Source of the DNA: Octopus bimaculoides
Taxonomy: Eukaryota
Direction of reading: 5' to 3'
Assembly: GCF_001194135.2 (NCBI RefSeq)
Contig: NC_068981.1
Coordinates: forward strand, 6,002,021 to 6,046,857
Length of the DNA stretch: 44,837 nucleotides
In this document: piece by piece, positions 11,601-23,078 of the stretch
Numbering within the stretch: the stretch's first letter is position 1
How the letters are laid out: every line of letters begins with the position of its first letter
Notes under the pieces: generated by a model
The model's database searches: none
What the model saw: the letters and a program-made list of their open reading frames with translations, nothing else
Told to the model about the DNA's origin: nothing
Program-made: the position numbers and the translations under genes

Positions 11601-14600
11601 TGTCACATCGTGGCTGGTTGCTTTCTGCAAAACATATTATTAAAACTGTTGTTGTTCATCATTTTTTAATGTCTGCCTTCCATGCTGGCATGGGTGGAAC
11701 GGTTTCACAAGAGCCGGCCAAGCAGAAGCCTGCACCAGACTTCTGTGACTGTTTTGGCAGGATTTTTACAGCTGGATGCCCTTCCTAACACCAATCACCC
11801 AGAAGAGGGGACTTAGTGCTTTTTACGGGACACAAGCACAGGCGAGGTCAGTTTGGGCAAGGTTTTTACAGCCGAACCTCTCATCACCTGGCACAAAGCT
11901 ACCTCCTTCAATACCACTCTTCCTCTCGGTTGAGGGGTCTTTGCCTTGTAGGTACTTGATGATCTCATTAGTTGCTGGTGCCATGTAAAAAGCACCCCAG
12001 TCCACACTCTGTAAAGTCGTTGGGGTTAGGAAGAGCATCCAGCCATAGAAAACATGCTAAAGTAGACAGTGGTACTTGGTGCAGTTCTCAGGCTTACCAG
12101 CTCTTCTCAAACTGTCCAATCTATGCCAGCATGGAAGATGGACATTAAATGATGATGATGTTGACTTAATTTTACAATCTGTATTTACCAGCAAGATATA
12201 ATATGCTTCTTTTAATTTTAAATCTATCCAAAAATTGCCCAGCATTTAATACGACCATATTATGGATGGGAGACTTAGTGCCATAGGCTACGGAGCTGGA
12301 TAAGCATAAGTCCAGTGGATAAAATAATTGTTACTAAGAATAAAATATTGAAAACTAGTCAAAATATTTTGCAATCTATTGGCATAAACTTACAAAACGT
12401 TGCTTATAGTACATTGGCAGTTATGTTGGCAAGATATATATCATTTTCTTATACCTTCTTCTCCAGGATACATAACATGTACCTGATATATGTCTTACAT
12501 TATTTACAGGCTGTGTTATCTTTAAGAAACATTTTTTTAATTATCTAAATGAAAAATTCTCCAAGAAAGGTGAATCATCATCATCAACGACCATTTTCCA
12601 TGCTGGGTTGGACGGTTAGGAACTGCACCAGCCTCCATCTGTCTGTTTTGGTATGGTTTTTACAACTAGATGCCCTTCCTAATGCCAACCACTTTACAAA
12701 GTGTACTGGGTACTTTCCATGTGGCACCTGCACATGATAGGGATGTTAAACTTTCATCCACCTGTCAGCTATTTACAATGAGCGAATGAAAACAAAATCA
12801 TAGAAGTGGCGCACCAGCTTGGTGCCTGGTTATATGAAACTATCAGATCCTGTATGGCAGTTCTCTTTACCAAAACATAAAACAACCACACAGGTGAACT
12901 GAAAGGAAATGAAATTGAACTGCAGTACTTTCTTAACAGAATTTATTTAGGATCAGTTTATGGTTTCGTATTTTTTTCAAGTATTCTGTCAGAATAAAGT
13001 ATTTAGATCATCTTACATTGTTCCCTTCAAAACCACTTTAGCCCTTTTGATACCAACCTGGCTGAAACCATCTCTGACTCTGTAGTAAAAATGTCTTGTT
13101 TTCATAAGTTTTGAATTAAAATCTTCCACCAAACCTTAGTCAGAATTTATGTTCCTAACACTAGCTGAATGATAACTAAGTTATTTTACTAAATTCTTTG
13201 TTATATTTAAAATTAATTTAAAGAAACACAGAGCATCTCAACAGAAATAAAATAACAGAAGGGTTAAAAACCTACTACATTTTCTCCATGAAATATCCTT
13301 GTAAAATAAGGGTATGTCTTATTTATGCTGGCAAATATGGTATGTATTCCCTACAGTTTTTTTTTTTCCATTTCTTTCTTGTGCATCTGTTTTCCATGTC
13401 AGCATCGGTTGGATGAATACTTATTATTGAGACATTATTTTTGTAATTTCTATCTGTATTTTATTTCAGATTTCTCCCTCAGACTCCATACAGAAACTGA
13501 AAGAGTTGATAGCTGTACAGATGGATATACCTGTCGGACAACAAAAGTTGGTTTATCAAGGCAAAAATCTATCGGGTACATTCACTTCCATTTTTTTCTG
13601 AAGCTCTTGTTCCAGTTTTAACTACTAAAAATATTCAGAATACTTTTTTTAGAAAATTACTATTTTTAAATCTCAATGATATTCAGCAACAGTACTTTGG
13701 AGTAAACATTGTTTGCAAACATAACATGGCAGTCCCGCTTTAGGATGAATGCTGCTATAATTTAGCCCCAGGAGACATCGTCTCCAGCTGACTATACAAC
13801 ATGATCTGTGCCCTTATATTTTCGAACAAGGGAATCTGGCATGTCTCCTGGGGCTAAATTACAGCAACATTCGTCCTAAACCAGGACTGCCATGTTATGT
13901 TGGCAAACAATCTTTATTATGAATATTTTTTTGTCTTGCTGTTAATATTTTAGTCAGTAGGGAAGGCTGTTCCCATGACCCTTTACAGCGTTTCTGGGAC
14001 TGGTAGGAGGAGGAAGTTATCTTCAAACTGGTCACCTGGCCCTGATACTTGCAACAGAGTTGAGGTCTGCTAAAGGTACCCAAAGTGTGCTCTGTGATTT
14101 GGTAGTCTCTGAGGAAGCTAGGAGAAGAAAACTAGCTTGTGGAAGCTGTACAATCCATGTACAGGGAGTACAGTCAGTAAGGTAACAACCATGAGTACAG
14201 GCAGGAGTTCACCAGGGCTTTGTTCTTAGACTCCTATTAATCATTGTCCTCCAGACCATAATAGAGGAATTTAAGACTGGCTGCCTTTGGAAACTACTAA
14301 TATACTGGTGGCGTCATTCCCATTGTGGAATCTGTAGTAGAATTAGAGAAGAAACGCCAGATGTGGAAGCAAACCCTGGAATTAAAGAGCCTTAAAGTTA
14401 ACATAGCAAAGACCCAAGTTCTAGTAAGCAGAAAAGCAGACAAGATTCCACTCCCTTCATATAAATGGTTCTGCTTGACATGTAGGAAAGGGGTAGGCAT
14501 GAATTCCATGGGCTGTATCCAGTGCAAGCTAAGGACATAAGAGGTCTATCTCCTACCCTACCCCCTCTCCCTACTGATATTTCCCATCAGCCACCTTTCA

Positions 14601-17600
14601 CCTTTACCTTCATCTTTAACCATATGTTACTCCCCCCCACACTCTCATGATAGCATCCACTCTCTCCTCCCCTCCCATCACCAACTGTCTGTATCCTTTC
14701 TTATGCTCACCTTCTTGTACCTTGAGGGTTTGCTCTGGTGGCACTTTGTTACTATCATCTTTATCTTCTTCCCTGCTACTGCCATCCACCCTTATATAAT
14801 ATGGGGTAGTCATGTATCTTCTGTATGGCAAGACACCTGTTCATGTCCCTCCTTCATACTTTAGCTTTTCAACACCTCTCCCAAACACCCTACTCTCTTG
14901 GTGATAGGGTTCTTTTCTGCTTTGCAAATTACTTGACAACCTCACTAGTGCCGGTGCCATGAAAAATGCACCCAGTACACATTTTGTAAAGTGGTGGGCA
15001 TTAGGAAAGGCATCCAGCTTCAGAAAATATGCCAAAGCAGACACTGGACTACGATGCAGCGCTTGGGCCCATCTGATCCTGTCAAACCCTCCAACCCATG
15101 CCAGCATCAAACATGGATGTTAGATGATGACGATGATGTTACCGTAGTTACTAATATTCCACTATGTTCGACATGGAAGTCAGCATAAAAAGATGGTGAT
15201 GTTGCCATTGTTGTTAACTTCAGTTGCTAATTTTACCCCTAATATACATCTGTCTTACCATAACCACCATAAATTTGAGATCAAGTAATGAAAATTGATT
15301 TCCTTGGGGAGGGGGAGTGTGTGGATTTTCTACTCCCCCCTCCCTTTCTTTTCAAGAAACCAAATCTTAGAATTAATGTATGCATTCTTATTTCTTCTAA
15401 TTCAGATGAGAAAACCATCAATTCCTATCAGATTCCTGAAAATGGAAAAGTGTTTTTGGTAACAAAGAAATCTGATGAAACACCAAGTCCCAGCTCAACT
15501 GCACAGTCGTCGCACTTCTACGATAAACTGCGTCTTTTCCTCTGTCGACATTTCACTGATTCAGATGCTGACTTAGTTTTGACGGAATTCAAAAAGGTAA
15601 AAAAAATATGTGACGAGTGTATGTGTTGCAAAATACTTCTAAATCACTTTTTATGGTCTCCAGTTTGAAGCAGTTGGGGGGAACAGCATTGACTCAAAAG
15701 CCCTTTGTTTACTTGGGAAGTAAAATTAAGAAGAATTCAGTATAAAGAATTCACTGCAAAAAATTCAATGTAAAGTGGGCAAGTAATATTTCATGTGTTT
15801 TATCATGTGGCCCCTCTCCCACTTGGAAATGGTACGATGCGGACCCCAGTTGAGGAAAAGTTGCCCATCCCTGATCTAAATTGTCTTTGTGTGGAATAAG
15901 TCATTCAACAAAGTGTATTATGTCACGTGCCTCACACCTATCGTCATATCTGGTTTCTTCTTCATTAGTATTGGAAAGAGGTGTGCACACTCAACAATAT
16001 CTGATTCCCCCTCCCCCACACTCCGTCCCAATTCTCGTCTTTCACTGTTTTCTTCCGTAGCCATCTTGACCGTGACAAAATCAAACGTGACGAAGCGTTT
16101 ACTGCCGTCCTTCTGTGCTTTCTGGTCGCCATTGATTGCTTAACGCCTGCTTCTTGGCAGCAACGAGGAAGAACGCTCCACACAGCTAATGTAAGGGAGA
16201 TAACCGATTAATTATTACTGGACAAACAATCTTTTAAATTCATTTGTAACTCTGACAAAAGCAAAACAAACAACTAAACAACTTTACAATCATCATCATC
16301 ATCATCATCGTTTAACGTCCGTTTTCCATGCTGGCATGGGTTGGACGGTTTGACTGAGGACTGGCAAGCTTCCCTACAGAACAATCTCCAACTAAATAAA
16401 TTTCTTAATGAGTTTATGGAATCAGTTTACATATTTAAGTCTCTGCCCATTCACTATAACGCAGGATAGCTGCGTGAAAAAGTGCCACACCCTAACAGTT
16501 GAGGGAACCCGTGGAAGAGGTAAGCCCAGGAAGACCTGGGCTGAGGTGGTGAGGCAAGACCTTCGTACATTGGGCCTCACCGAGGCGATGACTACGGACC
16601 GAGACCTTTGGAAATGGGCTGTGCGTGAGAAGACCCGGCAAGCCAAGTAAGATCGTTGCCAGTGCCCCTGGACTGGTTCTTGTGCGGGTGGCACATGAGA
16701 TGCACCATTTTGAGCGTGGCCGTTGCCAGTACCGCCTGACTGGCTCCTGTAGGATTTTCGAGCGAGATCGTTGCCNNNNNNNNNNTGGGCTGTGCGTGAG
16801 AAGACCCGGCAAGCCAAGTAAGATCGTTGCCAGTGCCCCTGGACTGGCTTGTGCGGGTGGCACATAAAAGACACCATTTCGAGCGTGGCCGTTTTCGTGC
16901 GGGTGACACGTAAAAGCACCCACTACACTCTCTGAGTGGTTGGCGTTAGGAAGGGCATCCAGCTGTAGAAACTCTGCCAAATCAGACTGGAGCCTGGTGT
17001 TGCCATCCGGTTTCACCAGTCCTCAGTCAAATCGTCCAACCCATGCTAGCATGGAAAGCGGACGTTAAACGATGATGATGATGATGATGATGATATGCAA
17101 GGGCACATGGCCTAGTGGCTAGGGTATTGCGCTCACAATCACAAGATTTTGGTTTCAATTCCTGGACCGGGTGGTGCATTGTGTTCTTGAGCAAAACACT
17201 TCATCTCATGCTGCTCTGCAATCACTTTTGACACCTGACGTGTGATACACCTGTTTCACCTTTGCAGGTAACGTTGATTTGATGGAGGGAATGAGCTAAT
17301 GTACAGGAGATGCATTTGATTGGCAGGAGAGAGGGTGGGAGTGAGTGGGGTGGAGTTGGACAGAGATAAAAACTAGTGGTGTCAGGGCTGAGCCTTAAGA
17401 GGGGACAGGAGAATAGGGAGTGCATGAGGAGAGTGAGGAATGATTAAAGATGGGGATGGTATTAGGTGTTTGGAAGGGCATCCGGCTGTAAAAACCTTGC
17501 CAAAACTGATCTTGCCTGTGCTTGTGTCACGTAAAAAGCACTAAACCAATTCTGGTGAGAGGTTGGTGTTAGGAAGGGCATCCAGCTGTGAAGATCCTGC

Positions 17601-17888
17601 CAAAACAGTCACAGATGTCTGGTGCTAGCTTCTATCTGGCCAGCTCCTGTCAAACCGTCTCACCCATGCCAGCATGGAACGAGGATGTTAAACGATGGTG
17701 ATGATGATGTTTTTTTTTTTTTGCTTTTTGTATTTATATTTGTCAGTTTGGTCAAACCATTAATGTGGAATCTCTCTTGTTTATATTTGCAGGATTTCGA
17801 GAACCGACTGAACAGTCTCAGCTTAGATGACATTGAACGCCTGGCAACCATCAAGTTATTTCAAGCGAAAAAGTTAAATTCTTCGTAG
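7623..17888 (+). CDS. UBL4A: Ubiquitin-like protein 4A (Get5/BAG6-complex subunit), spliced: join(7623-7670,13470-13575,15406-15596,17793-17888), 441 nt, 146 aa
   Basis: The exons join in frame with GT-AG introns. Product: MNINVKILKGRECTVK/ISPSDSIQKLKELIAVQMDIPVGQQKLVYQGKNLS/DEKTINSYQIPENGKVFLV...FLCRHFTDSDADLVLTEFKK/DFENRLNSLSLDDIERLATIKLFQAKKLNSS*. It has an N-terminal UBL domain and the C-terminal LSLDDIERLA motif typical of UBL4A (BAG6-binding TUGS region). Confidence 0.93.
8001..8068. repeat. (AT)n microsatellite
   Basis: Read directly from the sequence. Confidence 0.95.
9224..9615 (+). mobile_element. Full-length tRNA-type SINE, family A
   Basis: A-box-like TGGCTGTGTGGT, B-box GGTTCAGTCCC, internal (AT)/(GT) tract and 3' end GAAACAAGTAAAAGAG. 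Partial copies at about 10285-10420, 27870-28010, 28055-28420, 33990-34215(-), 35250-35420(-), 35560-35760, 37955-38085 and 39085-39325. Confidence 0.85.
9858..10190 (-). mobile_element. RTE-derived 3'UTR repeat with (GAT)n tail (family C)
   Basis: Same sequence as the 3'UTR following the RTE ORF end at 16455-17093. Other copies at about 10430-10565, 10870-11000, 11250-11480, 11660-11880(-), 11950-12160, 12575-12730(-), 14940-15140, 16290-16370(-), 17455-17710, 19240-19385, 19600-20010, 23420-23640(-) and 29800-30000(-). Confidence 0.8.
13042..13263. mobile_element. piggyBac-type MITE (CCCTT...AAGGG ends, TTAA-type target)
   Basis: Flanked by TTAG/TTAA; highly similar to the copies at 23954-24175 and 28995-29214. 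Confidence 0.8.
13470..13575 (+). CDS. UBL4A: UBL4A coding exon 2 (UBL core)
   Basis: Acceptor ttttatttcag| and donor TCGG|gtacat; 106 nt, phase 0 to 1; QQKLVYQGK ubiquitin-like motif. Confidence 0.92.
13708..13911. mobile_element. Foldback/MITE with about 71-bp inverted arms in UBL4A intron 2
   Basis: 13708-13778 is the reverse complement of 13841-13911 with about 7 mismatches. Confidence 0.85.
14060..14540 (+). mobile_element. RTE LINE reverse-transcriptase fragment (decayed)
   Basis: SLRKLG..LVEAVQSMY, GVHQG-like region, LELKSLKVNIAKTQVL and a CxxC...CxxC knuckle. Confidence 0.78.
15406..15596 (+). CDS. UBL4A: UBL4A coding exon 3
   Basis: Acceptor tcttctaattcag| and donor AAG|gtaaaa; 191 nt, phase 1 to 0; lies inside ORF 15288-15668. 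Confidence 0.92.
16455..17093 (+). mobile_element. Young RTE LINE 3' end with 3'UTR and (GAT)n tail
   Basis: DSCVKKCHTLTVEGTRGRGKPRKTWAEVVRQDL...DRDLWK; near-identical to 34686-34865 and 38092-38388. Confidence 0.88.
17099..17330 (+). mobile_element. tRNA-type SINE, separate family
   Basis: A-box TGGCCTAGTGG, B-box-like GGTTTCAATTCC, then a GTGTTCTTGAGCAAAACACTT central-domain-like motif. Confidence 0.65.
17793..17888 (+). CDS. UBL4A: UBL4A coding exon 4 (terminal)
   Basis: Acceptor ttatatttgcag|; encodes DFENRLNSLSLDDIERLA...SS with stop TAG. Confidence 0.92.
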   Translation, partial: DFENRLNSLSLDDIERLATIKLFQAKKLNSS

Positions 17889-19025
17889 CACACATCTCAT
17901 TGAACCTNNNNNNNNNNNNNNNNNNNNNNNNNNNNNNNNNNNNNNNNNNNNNNNNNNNNNNNNNNNNNNNNNNNNNNNNNNNNNNNNNNNNNNNNNNNNN
18001 NNNNNNNNNNNNNNNNNNNNNNNNNNNNNNNNNNNNNNNNNNNNNNNNNNNNNNNNNNNNNNNNNNNNNNNNNNNNNNNNNNNNNNNNNNNNNNNNNNNN
18101 NNNNNNNNNNNNNNNNNNNNNNNNNNNNNNNNNNNNNNNNNNNNNNNNNNNNNNNNNNNNNNNNNNNNNNNNNNNNNNNNNNNNNNNNNNNNNNNNNNNN
18201 NNNNNNNNNNNNNNNNNNNNNNNNNNNNNNNNNNNNNNNNNNNNNNNNNNNNNNNNNNNNNNNNNNNNNNNNNNNNNNNNNNNNNNNNNNNNNNNNNNNN
18301 NNNNNNNNNNNNNNNNNNNNNNNNNNNNNNNNNNNNNNNNNNNNNNNNNNNNNNNNNNNNNNNNNNNNNNNNNNNNNNNNNNNNNNNNNNNNNNNNNNNN
18401 NNNNNNNNNNNNNNNNNNNNNNNNNNNNNNNNNNNNNNNNNNNNNNNNNNNNNNNNNNNNNNNNNNNNNNNNNNNNNNNNNNNNNNNNNNNNNNNNNNNN
18501 NNNNNNNNNNNNNNNNNNNNNNNNNNNNNNNNNNNNNNNNNNNNNNNNNNNNNNNNNNNNNNNNNNNCCCACCCTCAAGTTGTCTAGCTTAAACATCAGA
18601 AGAGAGACTATTCAAAGACTTGGTAGTTAATAATTCACATCATATTCTCTCTCTCTCCCTCTCTCTCTCTCTCCCTCTCTCTCTCTCTCCCGCTCTCTTT
18701 TTCTCTAAGCTATTTTCAAATATTTTATTGTACTATAATTTGAATAAAACCTAAAATAACTCTTTAATATACATTTCGAAGCTAAGATGGTGTTGTGGTG
18801 TCTGTTCTTCGTCTGTTCACCTCCAAGTTACTCTTTTAACAACAATCAACAACTTCTGCTATTATTATGCCATATCTTGGACTCTCAGCTTTTTCATGGA
18901 ACCATATACGTTGCTGTCATGAAAAGCAGCAGGTCACGAGCATTTATTATTTTTTTATTCCTTTTTTACACCTGGTGGGGGGGTGTTGGTGTCATTCTAA
19001 TGCCATGTAAAAAAAGCACCTGGTA

Positions 19026-19233
19026 CAGTAATCCCTCGCCACATCGTGGTTCACCTATCGTGCATTCAGTACACCATGGATTTTCCTGGCTAATACATGT
19101 AAATTTGTATCGCAGACTCCTTGGTATATCTGGGTTTCTGTGGCCGATAGGTATTTATATTTTTTCAGATTTTAATTATTTCTCTGGCAGGTTTTGGAAC
19201 GTAACACCTGCCGTGATAGTCGAGGGATTACTG
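19026..19233. mobile_element. Tigger/pogo-type MITE
   Basis: TA|CAGTAATCCCTCG...CGAGGGATTACTG|TA terminal inverted repeats with a TA duplication; related to 34222-34488. Confidence 0.85.
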
Positions 19234-20349
19234 TATACTCTAAAGTGAATGGCATTAGGAATGGCGTCCAGTCATGGAAATCATGTCCAAAGCAGTCAGT
19301 GGGGTTTGGTGCTGTCTTTTGGCTTGATGGTTCCTGTCAAACTTTCCAACCCATGCCAGCATGGAAAACATTAAATGATGGTTATGGAGCCTTGCTGATT
19401 TCTTTGAGAACCCAAGACAAGGCAGACAGGAAAAATGGTGAGAAAGGGAAGAACTAACCCCAGTATCTGACTGGTATTTTATTTATTGTTCCTGAAAACT
19501 GAAGTTGGCTGTAGCAGAATTTGAACTTAGAATGAAATAAACTTTGCTTGCTAAGACCTATTGAGGCAAGTGAAATCAAAATCAAAATTGCTGACGTGGC
19601 TGATGACAGTACCACCTGATTGGCACTCCTGCCAGTGGAATGTTAAAAGCACATCTGAGCATGATTGTTGCCAGGGCCGTGGATTGGCTCCTGTGCCACT
19701 GGCATGTAAAAAGCACCATTTGAGCGTGATTGTTGCCAGCATCACCTTACCAGCACATGTGCCGGTGGTACATGAAAAACAACATTTGAGCATGGTTGTT
19801 GCCAGTACCGCCTGACTGGCTCCCATGCAGGTAGCACATAAAAGCACCCACTACACTCTCGGAGTGGTTGGCATTAGGAAGGGCATCCAGCTGTAGAAAC
19901 TCTGCCAGATCAGATTGGAGCCTGGTGTAGCCATCTGGTTCACCAGTCCTCAGTCAAACCGTCCAACCCATGCCAGCATGGAAAGCAGACATTAAATGAT
20001 GATGATGATAATGAGTGCAGGGAGCCAAAATGCTTACCACAAGTCAACCTTTCCAACACTTCACTTAGGCCACTTCTCGGTTGTCTGGGTGTCCATCCTT
20101 TTGCATTTAAACCAGTCATACCGGGTCCAAATATTCTACCTGTTTTATATTCAAGCTACTCGGATCCAGCCTTTTGCACCTACCCTACAATGTCATTTTA
20201 AAAAATAAAGTCACATCATTGAAATCTTGATGCTTTGAGAGAATGCATGATTAATTCAAACCAATGTGAATAAATAAGAATTACCTTTTGACAGAGAAAT
20301 CTGAATGCAAAAGGGTTCAGGTGTATGTATTATGTTGGTTACTTGTTTA

Positions 20350-20915
20350 AGGCTGTCCATCTTGACAGATGACGATGTCATCTTTGATCCTTAGGGGTTG
20401 CCTTGATGGCGTTGGCAGGCCCTCTCGTGGCTGAAAAGGCCAATTCTGGAGGCACATGTCCGATTACACTGAGAGCAGCGAAGAGGTCTCCGACGAAGAT
20501 GAGCTCGTCTAGGGTTTTGTTGATGTTCCTTGAGCTGTCTCCACTTTTCTTCGCGAAGTCTAGTCCACTCATCCTCAAAATGCTGCTTACCAATTTTGAC
20601 CATACTCCTCCAGGTAGTACGGTCTGTGGCCAGTGTTTCAAGTGCACCAGGGGAAAGGTTGCAGAGCTTCAGGGATTTCTTGAGATGATCTTTATATCGC
20701 TTCTTTGGACCTCCGTGCGGTTGGTTACCCTCTGCTAACTCCCCAAAAAGACAATCTTGGGTATACAGTTTTCCGGCATCCTGATAACTTGCCCCACCCA
20801 GAACAGTTGACATTCGAGGATCGTACATTCGATGCTGGTCAATTTCGCTCGTCTCAGGATCTCCGAATGTGGGATCTTGTCCTTCCAGGTCAGATGAAGA
20901 ATGCACTGGAGACAG
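20350..20915 (-). mobile_element. RTE (BovB/Expander-like) LINE 3' end
   Basis: FGELAEG...GGPKKRYKDHLK...DRTTWR and the C-terminal zinc finger CSQCNRTCASRIGLFSHERAC. Confidence 0.88.
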
Positions 20916-21000
20916 CGGATATGAAAAGATTCAAGGAGTTTGTATTATGTATATTGCTTGTGAAGGGATATATGTTGACAGTTAAGATAGTGATTTAAGG

Positions 21001-21281
21001 CATAGGCTCTCAAAGTGGGCGCTACTGCCCTCTGGTGGGCGTTGAGATGGTCACTGATGCCTAAGGGGTTGGTGGTGGCAGTAGAGAAAATGAAGGCGTT
21101 GAGAGGACACTGAATCTATTATAATATAGTATTGTATACAAATTATATTAAATATCAAATGATTTATAGTATATATAAATTAGTAATATATGAAATATTT
21201 ATACATAAAAATAGGGGTGGGGGTGCTGAGGTTATTATATGGTCATGAGGGGTGGTGGCCTAAAAAGTTTGAGAACCTCTA
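21001..21281. mobile_element. hAT (Charlie-like) MITE with 8-bp TSD ATTTAAGG
   Basis: 14-bp TIRs CATAGGCTCTCAAA / TTTGAGAACCTCTA (11/14 match). Identical 8-mers at 20993-21000 and 21282-21289. Confidence 0.8.
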
Positions 21282-21312
21282 ATTTAAGGTGTATATATAC
21301 ATATATATACAT

Positions 21313-21610
21313 ATCCAAATTGAAGGAGTTGAGCAGGTAAAATCCATGTTACATATGTTTCCAAGCTAGCAAAACCTCGGAAGTAATAATTACTTAACGA
21401 GGGGTGCTCCACTCATTACTCATCAGGTGGAAGATACCTTAACTTGGAATTCCTTAACGACAATGTAATCTTCATATAATTAAGGTATCTTCGGCCTGAG
21501 GCTTAGCTAGCGGAGTACCCCTCGTTAAGTAATAATTTACTTCTGAGGATCTGCAAGCTAGGAAATATATGCAACCTGGATTTTACCTGCTCCATTCCTT
21601 CAATTTGGAT
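21313..21610. repeat. Foldback element, about 130-bp inverted arms with a 37-nt spacer
   Basis: 21313-21442 is an imperfect reverse complement of 21480-21610. Confidence 0.85.
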
Positions 21611-22226
21611 TTTTATTCGCATTCACAACAACTGTAGTTGCTAATCATGAACTATATCAAAAAAAAAAAATTGTTTTCAGCTTATTGAACTTTGAAATAG
21701 GAAAAAACCTACAACCTTCTGCTCTAATAAATCAGTTTCTATTTTCTACGGACTGATTGATTAACTTCCTACACCTACATCCTTGGATTTTACAATTACA
21801 TACTTTCAATATGTGACCGCGTGTGTATCGTTGGCGATTTTCTTTCTCTGTCTTCCCTTCTTTGGACTTTTTTTATATTTCTGATGAAGAGCTCCGCTCG
21901 AAATGTGAAATCCTTTTTTCTTTCCTTTCCTGAGTGTCCAATAACACAGTACTTGTATCACGTCTTCGCGTTGTTTTTTCTTGTTTGGATTGACTATATN
22001 NNNNNNNNNNNNNNNNNNNNNNNNNNNNNNNNNNNNNNNNNNNNNNNNNNNNNNNNNNNNNNNNNNNNNNNNNNNNNNNNNNNNNNNNNNNNNNNNNNNN
22101 NNNNNNNNNNNNNNNNNNNNNNNNNNNNNNNNNNNNNNNNNNNNNNNNNNNNNNNNNATATGATTGATAGAACCAGAAAAGAAATTGTCCTGTCTGTAAG
22201 TTGTCTGTCAACAAATTGTTCCTCTA

Positions 22227-23078
22227 CCATTGGGTCATCCCATATATAATACAGTTTTTTCAATTGCATGAACTAAAAGTTGGAGGGGGATGGGAAAAGC
22301 TACCTGCATCAACTTGCTATAAAAGCAGGTAATAATTTGACCATGTACTTATTCTTAGTGCAAGTTTTGAAGAGTGCAGTTCGATTTAAACAGTTATTTT
22401 TTTCAAAGCTATAATGGAAGTGACAAAGGAGCATATTCAGCATATTTTGCTTTATGAGTTCAATAAAGGCAATAATGCAATGGAAAGTGTGAGGAATATT
22501 AATACAGTATATGGGGATCGGACAATAAGCGTAATTCCAAGCTACAAAATACAGCCTAGAAGACTAGCCTCATCCTGGAAGATCTGTAGAGCTCAATGAG
22601 GATGTTCTGCAAACTCTGTTGGAACAAAATCCCATCGTAACTGTTGAGGAACTAGCAGAGAAGCTTGGATTTGGTCATCTAACCATACATCGACACTTGT
22701 ATGTCATCACAAAAGTCAGCATTTTGGGTCAATGAATTCCTCACAAACTTTCCGAGTCTAGTTGCGCGCAGAGAATGAATGTGTGCTCTTCTTTGCTGTC
22801 ACGTCTCACAAATGAACCTTTTTGGGACCGAATAGTGACTAATGATGAGAAATGGGTTCTCTATAAAAATGTCAAGTACTGAAGACAGTGGGTAGGGAAA
22901 GGAGAAACACTGGAATCCCAGGCTAAAGAAGGTCTTCACCCATGTAAGGTGTTGTTATCTGTTTGGTGGGATGTGAAAGGTTTAGTTCCATTTTGAACTT
23001 TTAAACCCAAACCAAACGATAACAAAGGAGATCTACTGCGAGCAGCCTGAGCGGTTTAAGTCAGCGCTAGAAGAAACA
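22227..23078 (+). pseudogene. Mariner transposon relic (5' TIR plus a deleted, truncated transposase)
   Basis: TIR-like ATTGGGTCATCCCATA; MEVTKEHIQHILLYEFNKG..., IPHKL, RIVTNDEKWVLY, KVLLSVWWD. Contains stops and an internal deletion near 22533. Confidence 0.88.

Noticed and set aside
16615-16847. Direct repeat of about 62 bp either side of the 10-N gap
   Set aside because: Probably redundant contig ends within the subrepeated RTE UTR, not a real duplication.
16422-17016. Several 80-170 aa ORFs over family-C repeats (also at 34578-34856 and 38039-38377)
   Set aside because: Antisense or alternative frames of the RTE 3' end and UTR, recurring identically at each copy.
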